Assembly: GCA_903913285.1 (NCBI GenBank)
Contig: CAIWKO010000067.1
Location: forward strand, 204 to 64,203
Direction: 5' to 3'
From: an uncultured Bacteroidales bacterium
GTDB lineage: Bacteria; Bacteroidota; Bacteroidia; Bacteroidales; CAIWKO01
Length of the DNA: 64,000 nucleotides
Numbering within the stretch: the stretch's first letter is position 1; each line of letters opens with the position of its first letter. Below are positions 1 through 8,625 of the stretch, one piece after another. Both the position numbers and the translations under genes were made by a program. The notes beneath the pieces are model-generated. The model was not told the DNA's origin. It was given only the letters and a program-made list of their open reading frames with translations, and made no database searches.

Positions 1-191
1 TTTGGCAGTTTATTGTTAGTGAAACAGCGCCAACCGATGCTTCAATTTGGGTTTTGGCAGGAGTTTCAACTCAAATCAAAATGACCATAACCGACCTCGA
101 TTCGGGCAAAAAAGTGTGGATTCGCTATTGCGGTGTTTTGCCCGAAGGCATGACTCCCTGGAGCAAAGCTCTTGATATTATTGTAGGATAA
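1..191 (+). CDS. 3' end of an unidentified protein (partial; start lies upstream of the window)
   Basis: Frame 3 is open from the window edge to TAA at 189-191 (...KVWIRYCGVLPEGMTPWSKALDIIVG*). No family recognised. Confidence 0.4.
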   Translation, partial: WQFIVSETAPTDASIWVLAGVSTQIKMTITDLDSGKKVWIRYCGVLPEGMTPWSKALDIIVG

Positions 192-294
192 AAAAACAAA
201 CGAGTGATAGTTTCACTTTGAGTGAAGCTATCACTTTAAAAAAATAAAAGTGGAGACCAGAAACCACTTGAAAAAACGGAATTAAGAAAAAAAA

Positions 295-651
295 ATGAGA
301 AAATCTGTAATAATTATAGCAAGCTTGTCATGCTTTACATTTCAAAGTTGCAAAAAAGAAAAGACACCTGTTGCAAGTTTTACATATACAAATATGGCTA
401 TGAATAGCTCTGTAAATGAATTAGAATTTACAAATTTATCAACGGATGCAGACCATTACAAGTGGGAAATTAGCGATGGCACTTGTTCAGGTCCAATTGG
501 CTGTTATTCATCAGGTGACTTTGAACCTGCTATTAAATATTATCAACCTAGTCTTTATAGCACGAGCACTTGTATATCTATAAAATTAACAGCATATTCT
601 GCTTCTGAAAAGAAGACAAACGAAACTATCCAATATTTTCTAATCAATTAA
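295..651 (+). CDS. small PKD-domain lipoprotein (paralog 1 of 3)
   Basis: Signal peptide with lipobox Cys (FTFQSC). PKD-like motif TNLSTDADHYKWEISDG ... IKLTAYSASEKKT. Paralogous to 728-1039 and 1120-1431. Confidence 0.7.
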   Translation: MRKSVIIIASLSCFTFQSCKKEKTPVASFTYTNMAMNSSVNELEFTNLSTDADHYKWEISDGTCSGPIGCYSSGDFEPAIKYYQPSLYSTSTCISIKLTAYSASEKKTNETIQYFLIN

Positions 652-727
652 TTTTATAAACAGTTAACGAATCAGTGAAGTTCATTCAAGAGTCATTCAA
701 GTATAAATTATTTAATAACCTATAATT

Positions 728-1039
728 ATGAAAAAAGTTCTATTTTGTTAAATTATCCTTTTAAGTTTAGCGTTTTTTGGATGTAAAAAAGAAAAAACAC
801 CAACAGCATGTTTTACTGTTGAATATTATGGAAACCCACCAACACATGTAGACAAATTGACAAACTGTTCTACTGATGCAGATCATTATGAGTGGGATTT
901 AGGAAACGGACAGAAATCAGCTTCAACGGATATCAGTTATCCTTCTTATACTACTGGAACATATACTGTAAAATTAACAGCATATTCGGCTACCGAAAAA
1001 AAGACGGATGTTGCTACAAAAACAATAACGATCTATTAA
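728..1039 (+). pseudogene. PKD-domain lipoprotein paralog 2, interrupted by an in-frame TAA at codon 8
   Basis: ATG at 728 reads MKKVLFC then TAA (749-751). The same frame continues IILLSLAFFGCKKEKTPTACF...NCSTDADHYEWDLGNG...KLTAYSATEKKT to 1039. The intact neighbour has TCA TTT where this copy has TAA ATT. The tracked ORF 857-1039 is only the signal-less remainder. Confidence 0.65.
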
Positions 1040-1119
1040 GTTCCATTTATTTTATTATCAATATAAGTGGAGTGCTGATCCCACTTTCAAAAAAAACGAG
1101 AAAAATTAAAACAATTATT

Positions 1120-1431
1120 ATGAAAAACGTTCTATTCTGTTCATTTATCCTTTTAAGTTTAGCGTTTTTTGGATGTAAAAAAGAAAAGACACCAACAGCA
1201 TGCTTAACATTTGATTATTATTATGATCATTCCGATATTACAAATTTAAAGAACTGTTCAACTGATGCAGATCATTATAAATGGGATTTTGGTGACGGAG
1301 TTACTTCTGCTGAATTTGAGCCAGGCTACACTGGATATTATACACCAGGCACTTATACTATCAAATTGACTGCCTATTCAACTTCAGAGAAAAAAACAGA
1401 TGTTGCCATGCAGACAGTTATAATTAATTGA
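1120..1431 (+). CDS. small PKD-domain lipoprotein (paralog 3 of 3)
   Basis: Internal Met 77 of ORF 892-1431 begins a canonical lipoprotein signal (MKNVLFCSFILLSLAFFGC). PKD motif NCSTDADHYKWDFGDG...IKLTAYSTSEKKT. The upstream part of the long ORF overlaps the 3' end of paralog 2 in another frame. Confidence 0.75.
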   Translation: MKNVLFCSFILLSLAFFGCKKEKTPTACLTFDYYYDHSDITNLKNCSTDADHYKWDFGDGVTSAEFEPGYTGYYTPGTYTIKLTAYSTSEKKTDVAMQTVIIN

Positions 1432-1567
1432 ACTACAAATAAATTATTGTCAATAAAAATGGAATCCGAAATCCACTATATAAAAATCGGTTCTGTCCTG
1501 TTCAGAAATAATAATAGGGGCGTTTCTGAAAAGCCTTAAGAGTAGGGTAATTAAAAATTAATAATTT

Positions 1568-1978
1568 ATGAAAAGATTTACTTGTTTTTCTTTAGTAATT
1601 GCAATGATTCTTGCACTTACTTTTACAGGCTGTAAAAAATATGAAAATGGGCCTGCATTTAGCCTTGCATCAAAAAAAAGCAGGGTAGTTAATAATTGGA
1701 AAGTTGAAAAAGCCACAGCATTTGATGGTACTGATGAAACTTCTTATTATAGCGATATGTCATTAGAATTTAAAAAGGATAATACATATCTGGAAATGGA
1801 GTCAGGTAGTTCATATGTCGGAACCTGGGCTTTTGATGGTGATAAGGAAAAAATAGTATTAACCGAAAATGGAAATAGTTCAAGTGATACATACATCATT
1901 TTAAGGCTAAAAAGTAATGAACTTTGGTTAAAGGAAACTTCTTCTTATCCTGAGGAAATTCATTTTGCATCGAAATAA
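1568..1978 (+). CDS. lipoprotein, unknown function (possibly lipocalin-like)
   Basis: Signal peptide plus lipobox (LTFTGC). Soluble beta-rich 110-aa domain. No catalytic motif recognised. Confidence 0.55.
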   Translation: MKRFTCFSLVIAMILALTFTGCKKYENGPAFSLASKKSRVVNNWKVEKATAFDGTDETSYYSDMSLEFKKDNTYLEMESGSSYVGTWAFDGDKEKIVLTENGNSSSDTYIILRLKSNELWLKETSSYPEEIHFASK

Positions 1979-2094
1979 ATAAAGTTAAAAAGGTAATTAG
2001 AAGATCAGTTAATAATTGTGGTTAATAGAAAAAATAGCTCTTTTAATTACCTTTTTTTATTTTCTTGAATTAATATTATTAAAACTGTAATTGT

Positions 2095-2556
2095 ATGAAA
2101 AAAATACTTTACTTCTCAATCCGATTTTTCTTAATTATTAGTTTTCTTTCAAGTGTATTTATCTTTAATTCTTGCGGTAAAAAAGGCTGTTCAAATAGGG
2201 TAGCTCTAAATTATATTTCAGGTGTGACAAAAGATGATGGAACTTGCATTTTTAATGCTGATAAATTAATTGGGACATGGAATGTTATACATACATCAAC
2301 TCAATATGGTACAACAACTTGTACTGCAACCATCGCGAGAGCAGATGAAACAGATAATGATCACGTTACCGTTTCATCTACAGAAATTGGTGACGCGTGG
2401 GTTGCAGTCAATTGGGCAGATATGACTATTGAATTTAGAAACCCTTCTTATAATATTGGTAAAATAATTAATGAGAATAAATTCAGTGTTGATGGTACAT
2501 ATACTATAGGAGGTCCAAATCCTATAGATACCTTTAATTATAGTTTTAATCGATAA
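2095..2556 (+). CDS. lipoprotein with CGKKGC...DDGTC motif (family member 1 of 3)
   Basis: Signal peptide, then the conserved segment SCGKKGCSNRVALNYISGVTKDDGTCIFNADKLIGTWNV, shared with the next two genes. Confidence 0.7.
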   Translation: MKKILYFSIRFFLIISFLSSVFIFNSCGKKGCSNRVALNYISGVTKDDGTCIFNADKLIGTWNVIHTSTQYGTTTCTATIARADETDNDHVTVSSTEIGDAWVAVNWADMTIEFRNPSYNIGKIINENKFSVDGTYTIGGPNPIDTFNYSFNR

Positions 2557-2583
2557 TGTATTTTTACTTATAAATTACTTTTT

Positions 2584-3015
2584 ATGAAAATTCTTAAATT
2601 ATTCGTGTTTTTTCTTTGCAGCATTTCTTTAACATTTTATTCTTGCGGTAAAAAAGGTTGTTCAGACAAGTTTGCATTAAATTATGAATCAGGTGTAACA
2701 AAAGACGATGGTACTTGTACTTATGATGCTGATATAATGGTAGGTAATTGGAACGTGGCTGCAAGTATTGATGATGGTAGTAATTCAAATTTTACTGCCA
2801 ATATAACAAAGGAAGACAATACCCATATAAATATTTTATGGGGCTCAACTTTGAAATACACTCTTAAAGTTAATATTAATAATAAAACATTAAGTGGAGG
2901 CATTTCACCATATTTTAATGCTACTTTTAACACTGTGAATGACTTTTTAATATATGATTATGCTTATGTTACAGGGGGTACTCCACATTTTGGAAATTAT
3001 CACTATACTCGATAA
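2584..3015 (+). CDS. lipoprotein with CGKKGC...DDGTC motif (family member 2 of 3)
   Basis: SCGKKGCSDKFALNYESGVTKDDGTCTYDADIMVGNWNV. Ends ...HYTR like its paralogs (HHFTR, YSFNR). Confidence 0.7.
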   Translation: MKILKLFVFFLCSISLTFYSCGKKGCSDKFALNYESGVTKDDGTCTYDADIMVGNWNVAASIDDGSNSNFTANITKEDNTHINILWGSTLKYTLKVNINNKTLSGGISPYFNATFNTVNDFLIYDYAYVTGGTPHFGNYHYTR

Positions 3016-3064
3016 AGAATTTACTAATAAATAGTTTATTTTGCAAAAATTAAATTCAAATTTT

Positions 3065-3502
3065 ATGAAAAACAATTATTTTTTTTCAATCAGGTTTTAC
3101 TTAACCATATGTTTTATTTCAAGTTTATTCTTTAACTCTTGCGGTAAAAAAGGTTGTTCAGACAAAGCAGCTTTAAATTATGAATCAGGTATAACAAAAG
3201 ACGATGGTACTTGTACTTATAATGCAGATAAATTAATTGGGACATGGAATGATTCGTACACTTATAAAGGAAGTTCTGTAAATTATTCAGCTACAATAAT
3301 AAATGATGAAAGTGATGTACATAACCAAATTAGGATAACCATCCCTATTGAAACTTTTTATGGGGTAAGTGTTAATTGGGTAGCTAAAACATTAGGATAT
3401 ATGGCTCCGGGTTTTGTTGGTTCAATTAAAAACGAAAATGATTTTCAATTTTATTATACTGGTTATTCCGTTGATACCGCATTTCATCATTTTACAAGAT
3501 GA
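3065..3502 (+). CDS. lipoprotein with CGKKGC...DDGTC motif (family member 3 of 3)
   Basis: The ATG at 3065 (MKNNYFFSIRFYL...) aligns with the starts of its paralogs; the tracked ORF begins at a TTG at 3041. SCGKKGCSDKAALNYESGITKDDGTCTYNADKLIGTWND. Confidence 0.7.
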   Translation: MKNNYFFSIRFYLTICFISSLFFNSCGKKGCSDKAALNYESGITKDDGTCTYNADKLIGTWNDSYTYKGSSVNYSATIINDESDVHNQIRITIPIETFYGVSVNWVAKTLGYMAPGFVGSIKNENDFQFYYTGYSVDTAFHHFTR

Positions 3503-3595
3503 TTTAGTTTCGTCTTATTTTTAAACCAAGTTCGGCGGCAGTTTCCGCCTCCGTCGAAATATCAAATAAGGCTGCGCCACAGAAAATTATAAAGC

Positions 3596-3636
3596 CAAAA
3601 AATGCAAAGCCTGCTAAAAAAGCTTCGCATTTTTGC
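3596..3636 (+). terminator. putative intrinsic terminator hairpin
   Basis: aatgcaaagc (3601-3610) pairs with gcttcgcatt (3622-3631) at 9 of 10 positions and is followed by TTTT. Lies downstream of the lipoprotein trio and upstream of the TA pair. Confidence 0.45.
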
Positions 3637-3675
3637 ATTAATGGTAATGTTTAAATTTTTTGTACCTTTGTACCT

Positions 3676-3981
3676 ATGAGTATGATAACTTCCGATGAAA
3701 TATTAAATTATTTATCTTCAAATAAGGTTCGCTTTCAAAAAGACTATCACCTGGTTCGCATAGGGATTTTTGGTTCTGTGGTGCGTGGCGAAGCTTCAGC
3801 CAAGAGTGATATTGATATAATAGTAGAATTTGAAGAAAATACGAGCGGCCTGCATGAAATAAAGCAAGAACTTAAAACTGAAATTCAGGAAATTTTTGGC
3901 CGCCCTGTTGACATTTGCAGGGAGAAATATATTAAACCATTTTTAAGGGATAAAATTCTGGCAGATGTGCTCTATGCATGA
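3676..3981 (+). CDS. mntA: MNT-type nucleotidyltransferase antitoxin (HepT/MNT type VII TA system)
   Basis: Minimal nucleotidyltransferase motif GIFGSVVRGEASAKSDIDIIVEF (GSxxRG...DxD). 101 aa. Overlaps the downstream DUF86 gene by 17 nt. Confidence 0.85.
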   Translation: MSMITSDEILNYLSSNKVRFQKDYHLVRIGIFGSVVRGEASAKSDIDIIVEFEENTSGLHEIKQELKTEIQEIFGRPVDICREKYIKPFLRDKILADVLYA

Positions 3982-4330
3982 TATTTCGCAAAAAGACTAT
4001 ACCTGCCTGTTGAATATGCTTGATGCAATTCAAAAGATAGGCGCTTACACAAAAAATATTGAAAATGCTGATGATTTCAATAAAAATACATTGGCATTCG
4101 ATGCTACTTTAATGAATTTTATTGTAATAGGCGAAATGGTTGAAAAGCTTTCAGAATCTTTTTTATCAAAAACTGCTGAACTTGTAAACTGGCATAAAGT
4201 TAAAAGTTTCAGAAATATTCTTGCTCACAATTATTTTGGAGTTGATGCTGAGGAAGTTTGGGAAATAATTGGCAAGTTTTTGCCTGATTTAAAACTACAG
4301 ATCGAAGCGTTTGTAATTAAGGATAACTGA
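3965..4330 (+). CDS. hepT: HepT (DUF86/HEPN) toxin
   Basis: HEPN Rx4HxY motif in FRNILAHNYFGVD. 121 aa. Classic overlap with the upstream MNT gene. Confidence 0.85.
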   Translation: MCSMHDISQKDYTCLLNMLDAIQKIGAYTKNIENADDFNKNTLAFDATLMNFIVIGEMVEKLSESFLSKTAELVNWHKVKSFRNILAHNYFGVDAEEVWEIIGKFLPDLKLQIEAFVIKDN

Positions 4331-4410
4331 CCGCTAATTCGTGTGTCTTACTTAAATTAAGCCTAATCTTGCTCCTTTTCGGTGGCAGGCTTCATCTCCG
4401 TCGTATTTTT

Positions 4411-4473
4411 CTTCCATCACTTCCTCTCATCCATTTTTCCATTCCTCCCTCCAATAATCAAAAATCAGCCTCC
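4411..4473. repeat. pyrimidine-rich heptamer-phased tract (about 9 units)
   Basis: cttccat cacttcc tctcatc cattttt ccattcc tccctcc aataatc aaaaatc agcctcc. Units keep a 7-bp register and mostly end in TCC or ATC. Confidence 0.55.
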
Positions 4474-4561
4474 ATATTATTTGTTCCAAAAAAATTAATA
4501 CATTTACACCTCCAAAAACCGAATAAAACCTTGTTTACGAACCAACAAAAAAACAATTAAT

Positions 4562-5023
4562 ATGGAAATGCACCAACCAAAATCCCTGCACGATCTTAAA
4601 ACCTTGCGCAAACCTGTTCGCAATGCCAACATCGAATCCAGACAAAACCTGTCGCCATTAAAAAAACTTGCCGTTTTTATCACCAATCATGTCGGCACCA
4701 TGGGCTTTTTCTTCATTATTTTTCTGTGGACAGCTGTTTGGCTCGGATGGAATTCGCTCGGCCCCAAAGAATCGCGTTTCGATCCGTATCCGGCCTTTGT
4801 GTTATGGCTTTTCATCTCGAACATGATACAGATATTTCTGATGCCGCTCATCATGATAGGGCAAAACCTGCAAAGCGATCATGCCGAGGTGCGTGCCGAA
4901 GCCGATTTTGAAGTTAACACCAAAGCCGAACTCGAAATCGAAACCATATTGATGCATCTCGAAAATCAGAACAAAATAATCATGCAGATATTAGAAAAGC
5001 TGGAGAAGAGAGAAGAAAAATAA
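4562..5023 (+). CDS. DUF1003 family membrane protein
   Basis: Two TM helices (MGFFFIIFLWTAVWLGW; AFVLWLFISNMIQIFLMPLIMIG) followed by QNLQSDHAEVRAEADFEVNTKAELEIE, typical of DUF1003. Confidence 0.65.
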   Translation: MEMHQPKSLHDLKTLRKPVRNANIESRQNLSPLKKLAVFITNHVGTMGFFFIIFLWTAVWLGWNSLGPKESRFDPYPAFVLWLFISNMIQIFLMPLIMIGQNLQSDHAEVRAEADFEVNTKAELEIETILMHLENQNKIIMQILEKLEKREEK

Positions 5024-5040
5024 ACGTATCAAATTTATAC

Positions 5041-5110
5041 TTACAACTTGTAACTGGTAAATTGTAACTTACTACTTATTACTTGTTACTTGTTACTTAT
5101 TACTTGCACC
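5041..5110. repeat. heptamer tandem repeat (10 units, consensus TTRTTAC)
   Basis: ttacaac ttgtaac tggtaaa ttgtaac ttactac ttattac ttgttac ttgttac ttattac ttgcacc. Fills the spacer between convergent genes and reaches the maf stop codon. Confidence 0.8.
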
Positions 5111-5697
5111 TAAAGTTTCATCAATTCCTTATAGAGCATTTGCGTTGGCAGGCCCATCACATTATAGAACGAACCTTCTATATGCTCGATGCCGATGTAT
5201 CCGATCCATTCCTGTATGCCGTAAGCCCCGGCTTTATCGAATGGCTGACAGGTTTCGATATACCAGTTAATTTCTTCAGCGTTTAACTCCCGAAACTTCA
5301 CTTTCGATTCGGCAAAAAAGCTGTGCTGACCGGTATTTGTTTTGATGCAAACGCCAGTAAACACTTCATGCGTTTGTCCCGATATCTGCGAAAGCATTTT
5401 AACGGCATCTTCTTCATCTTTGGGTTTGTTGAGCATCATATTGTTGAGCCACACTATGGTGTCGGCAGTTATGATAAGCGATTTCGGCCCGAATTCGTCC
5501 GGATCGAAGGCCGATGCTTTCAGTTCGGCCAGAAACAAAGGTATCTGTTCGCGGGTCAGCTTGTCGGGGCAGCTTTCCTCCACCGCTCTCACAATCACTT
5601 CGAAGTTCAGGCCGAGTCCTTCCAACAATTGCTTGCGGCGCGGAGAAGCAGATGCCAGTACGATTCTATAACCCGATAATTTTTCGTTCAATATCAT
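5110..5697 (-). CDS. maf: Maf-like nucleoside triphosphate pyrophosphatase
   Basis: ILASASPRRKQLLEGLGL...ADTIV...DKAGAYGIQE motifs. 195 aa. Confidence 0.9.
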   Translation of the reverse strand: MILNEKLSGYRIVLASASPRRKQLLEGLGLNFEVIVRAVEESCPDKLTREQIPLFLAELKASAFDPDEFGPKSLIITADTIVWLNNMMLNKPKDEEDAVKMLSQISGQTHEVFTGVCIKTNTGQHSFFAESKVKFRELNAEEINWYIETCQPFDKAGAYGIQEWIGYIGIEHIEGSFYNVMGLPTQMLYKELMKL

Positions 5698-5698
5698 A

Positions 5699-6634
5699 TC
5701 AAAAATTTATCGAAAGCATCTGGGTGGCAAGCAAACCTGCTATCATCATAATCTTCAGAAAGGTGCTCAGAAAGTGAAAATCCCCTTTCTGGTTGGCTTT
5801 CCTCATTTTCAGGATAAAATAAACGAACATAATCTGCAGCACGAAAAGATAAAAAGCGGTGGTAACAAAATCGTGATACAACTTATATTGCGCGAAAGCC
5901 AACAGCAGCATAGTAAACAGGCTTATCCAGAGCAGTATGGTTTTTGTTTTCGGTATTCCGAGCCTTACCGGAACGGTATCGCTGCCGCTGATCTTGTCGC
6001 CTTCTATATCTTCTATGTCTTTAACCATTTCGCGGATCACGGTGATCAAAAAAGCAAACACGGCCATGCCGCCCACGAATGCCGAAATAATTTTAAAGGT
6101 GTTCATAGCCGCAACAAATACTTCAGGTTGAGATTTGATGGCAAAAAACTGAAACAACCAAACCACCAGGATAGAATAGGCAATAACCAAACCCACCACA
6201 ATATTTCCGGTTAAGAACTGACGTTTGTATTTTAGCGAGTAATAGAAAAGCGCCAAGGCAATGACGATGGGCAAAAACCCAAGTTTGAAATTCCCTACCT
6301 TGATGGCACAATATATTCCGAGCAAACAGGCAATAACATTTAACATGATATTGATGTTGTAGGCTCTTTTGCGGGGAACTTTACTGATCAAAACATTTTT
6401 TTCGGGTTTGTTGATGGCATCCATATCAACGTCGTAATAATCGTTTATGGCATAACCGGCGGCGGCAAGCAATACATTGGAGATCACAAAAACGGCAAAA
6501 TCGAAATGCGAGATCAAAATATCATAATTGTTCATGCGCAGCACCGGGCGGATTAAATAAAACAACACGAGATATTGCGTGAGTGCAATGATGAATAAGT
6601 TAAGCGGACGAAACAATTTTATGTAGGTTCTCAT
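5699..6634 (-). CDS. UbiA-family prenyltransferase (digeranylgeranylglyceryl-phosphate synthase-like)
   Basis: Asp-rich motif NDYYDVDMD, second motif KDIEDIEGD, 8-9 TM helices. Start set at Met14 (ATG 6632-6634) because an exact minus-strand -7 box (TATTTTTG, 6650-6657) lies inside the longer tracked ORF. One nt separates its stop from the maf start. Confidence 0.8.
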   Translation of the reverse strand: MRTYIKLFRPLNLFIIALTQYLVLFYLIRPVLRMNNYDILISHFDFAVFVISNVLLAAAGYAINDYYDVDMDAINKPEKNVLISKVPRKRAYNINIMLNVIACLLGIYCAIKVGNFKLGFLPIVIALALFYYSLKYKRQFLTGNIVVGLVIAYSILVVWLFQFFAIKSQPEVFVAAMNTFKIISAFVGGMAVFAFLITVIREMVKDIEDIEGDKISGSDTVPVRLGIPKTKTILLWISLFTMLLLAFAQYKLYHDFVTTAFYLFVLQIMFVYFILKMRKANQKGDFHFLSTFLKIMMIAGLLATQMLSINF

Positions 6635-6649
6635 CGAATGATTTTTTGA

Positions 6650-6657
6650 CAAAAATA
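6650..6657 (-). promoter_or_regulatory. Bacteroidota -7 promoter box (TAnnTTTG)
   Basis: Plus strand caaaaata = minus strand TATTTTTG, 16 nt upstream of ATG 6634. Confidence 0.45.
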
Positions 6658-6693
6658 AAGAATAATGAGACATGACAGACAGAGAGATTTTGT

Positions 6694-6701
6694 TACTTTT
6701 G
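6694..6701 (+). promoter_or_regulatory. Bacteroidota -7 promoter box (TAnnTTTG)
   Basis: tacttttg, 41 nt upstream of ATG 6742. Confidence 0.45.
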
Positions 6702-6741
6702 TAGACGAAAAATATATTCTGATCTCAAAACCCCATTCAAC

Positions 6742-7911
6742 ATGAAAAAAATACTTGTTAGTTTCTTATGCATCTTTGCCCTGATATCATCGGGTGCCTT
6801 TGCCCAGAATGATCTGAAAGTAAACTTTAAAAGCACCACGCAATGCGATACAGCAGGATATCAGACCATGTATATGGTACTGATCAACCAATCAATTACA
6901 GCTATAACTTCCGGAACCGCGGTTAATGCTTTGTATAAGGTGAATGGTGCAACACCTGTTTCCGAAGTACTTCATTTAATCACCCCGTTGAATCCGGGTG
7001 ATTCTGCGGTATTACACTTTACAACACCCTATCATTTTAACCAGTTTATCACCTACAATTGCATGTATGCCATCAGCGTGACAGGTGATCCGAACCCTTT
7101 GAACGATACCGTACATTTTACCCGTACATTCAACTCCTTGCCCGGTTACGGAGCACATTCAAACGATACAAGTATCTGCAAAGGTGCCACAACAACCCTG
7201 ATGATGGAACTCACGGGCAATGGACCCTGGGTAATATCGTTTGTAATGGGAACTGATACTGCAAATGGTTTACCGGTACCTACTTCAGTGATCTCAACAG
7301 ATATCACACCCGATACTACTATTACTTTTAGTTTGCTGACGGTGTCGGATTCAAACGGATGCTCCACCTATATCGGACAAAGTATCACCATAACCGTGGT
7401 TGACTACCCCATTGTGAACCTGGGCCACGATACTACTATGTGTGCAGATGCTGGTTTATTGCTGGATGCAGGAAATACGGGAGCAAATTATACATGGTGG
7501 AACGGACCCGGCAGCCAAACCAATACGGCCGACACTTCGGATTGGAACGGAGTACTCGGAAACCAGATCGCTTGGGTGGATGTGAACCAGAGCGGATGCC
7601 ATACCAGAGACAGCATTACTATTAACTGGGTTACATGTCCGGGAGGTATTGAAGAAAATGCAAACCAAAACATTGATATCTATCCAAATCCTACTGATGG
7701 TTTGGTAAACATAAACTTCAACACTGCGGTGGAAAATGCCGGCCTGTATATTGAAGATGTTTTTGGAAAAGTAATTTATAAAGAAACCATAAACCGGCAG
7801 CCAAACTCAACGAAAGTCGTTGATTTCAGCAAATTCGAAAATGGAATTTATTTTGTTGTTGTCAGCGGCAACGGAATAAATATGAGGCAGAAAGTTTTAT
7901 TGCAAAAATAA
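6742..7911 (+). CDS. T9SS-secreted protein (type A C-terminal sorting domain)
   Basis: N-terminal signal peptide (ALISSGAFA/QN). C-terminal IDIYPNPTDGLVNINF...GIYFVVVSGNG...KVLLQK is typical of the Por secretion-system CTD. Confidence 0.75.
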   Translation: MKKILVSFLCIFALISSGAFAQNDLKVNFKSTTQCDTAGYQTMYMVLINQSITAITSGTAVNALYKVNGATPVSEVLHLITPLNPGDSAVLHFTTPYHFNQFITYNCMYAISVTGDPNPLNDTVHFTRTFNSLPGYGAHSNDTSICKGATTTLMMELTGNGPWVISFVMGTDTANGLPVPTSVISTDITPDTTITFSLLTVSDSNGCSTYIGQSITITVVDYPIVNLGHDTTMCADAGLLLDAGNTGANYTWWNGPGSQTNTADTSDWNGVLGNQIAWVDVNQSGCHTRDSITINWVTCPGGIEENANQNIDIYPNPTDGLVNINFNTAVENAGLYIEDVFGKVIYKETINRQPNSTKVVDFSKFENGIYFVVVSGNGINMRQKVLLQK

Positions 7912-7939
7912 TAGCACGATACTGCATCGATATTGATCA

Positions 7940-8515
7940 CTAATAATTCTTCGCTTTCCTTTCGAAATACGCTTTTGGATGGTCGCAAGCCGGGCAGTTT
8001 TCTAAAGCTTTTTTACCTTTATGCACATAACCGCATTTGCGGCATACCCATTCTTCGGTTTCATCACTTTCAAAAACCTTGTTTTCTTCCACATTGCGCA
8101 GGAGTTTAAGAAAACGTGCTTCGTGTTCGGCCTCAATTTTGGCAATGAGTTTAAATGCCATTGCAATCTTCGGGAATCCTTCTTCATCTGCAATTCGTGC
8201 AAATTCGGGATATAGTTCTGTCCATTCTTCGTTCTCGCCATTGGCAGCAGCGATCAGGTTTTCGGCAGTAGTAGAAATTATGCCACCGGGATAGGTAGCT
8301 GTGATCTCAACAGGGCCGCCTTCCAAAAAACGGAAAAATATCTTGGCATGGTGTTCTTCCTGCAGGGCTGTTATCATAAAGATTTCGGAGATCTGTTCAA
8401 ATCCTTCTTTTTTTGCTTGCTTTGCGAAAAAAGTATAGCGGTTTTTTGCCTGCGATTCGCCTGCAAATGCTTTTAACAGGTTTTTTTCGGTTCGAGTTCC
8501 TTTAATACTACTCAT
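7940..8515 (-). CDS. rbr: rubrerythrin
   Basis: Ferritin-like diiron ExxH motifs (QEEHHAK, EAEHEAR) plus a C-terminal rubredoxin-like CRKCGY...CPACDHP. 191 aa. Confidence 0.9.
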   Translation of the reverse strand: MSSIKGTRTEKNLLKAFAGESQAKNRYTFFAKQAKKEGFEQISEIFMITALQEEHHAKIFFRFLEGGPVEITATYPGGIISTTAENLIAAANGENEEWTELYPEFARIADEEGFPKIAMAFKLIAKIEAEHEARFLKLLRNVEENKVFESDETEEWVCRKCGYVHKGKKALENCPACDHPKAYFERKAKNY

Positions 8516-8625
8516 AGTGTGTGTTAATTAGTTGAAAGGTCAAATGGTTATAATAGTTTTTGATTAAATTCAATAAAAAGGAAGAAAATAATTGAAGACA
8601 AAATTATAAAATTATCGGCAGAAAA

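Noticed and set aside
892-1119. Upstream extension of ORF 892-1431 (also TTG-initiated extensions at 3041, 23953, 26679, 42498, 58912 and Met1 at 6673)
   Set aside because: In each case an internal ATG begins a canonical signal peptide or conserved N-terminus. The extension also overlaps a neighbouring gene, a repeat or a TAnnTTTG promoter box.
4369-4560. 63-aa ORF in the spacer between hepT and the DUF1003 gene
   Set aside because: It is a Leu/Pro/Ser-rich translation of a pyrimidine-rich heptamer-phased tract, with a TTG start and no motif. Treated as non-coding repeat DNA.
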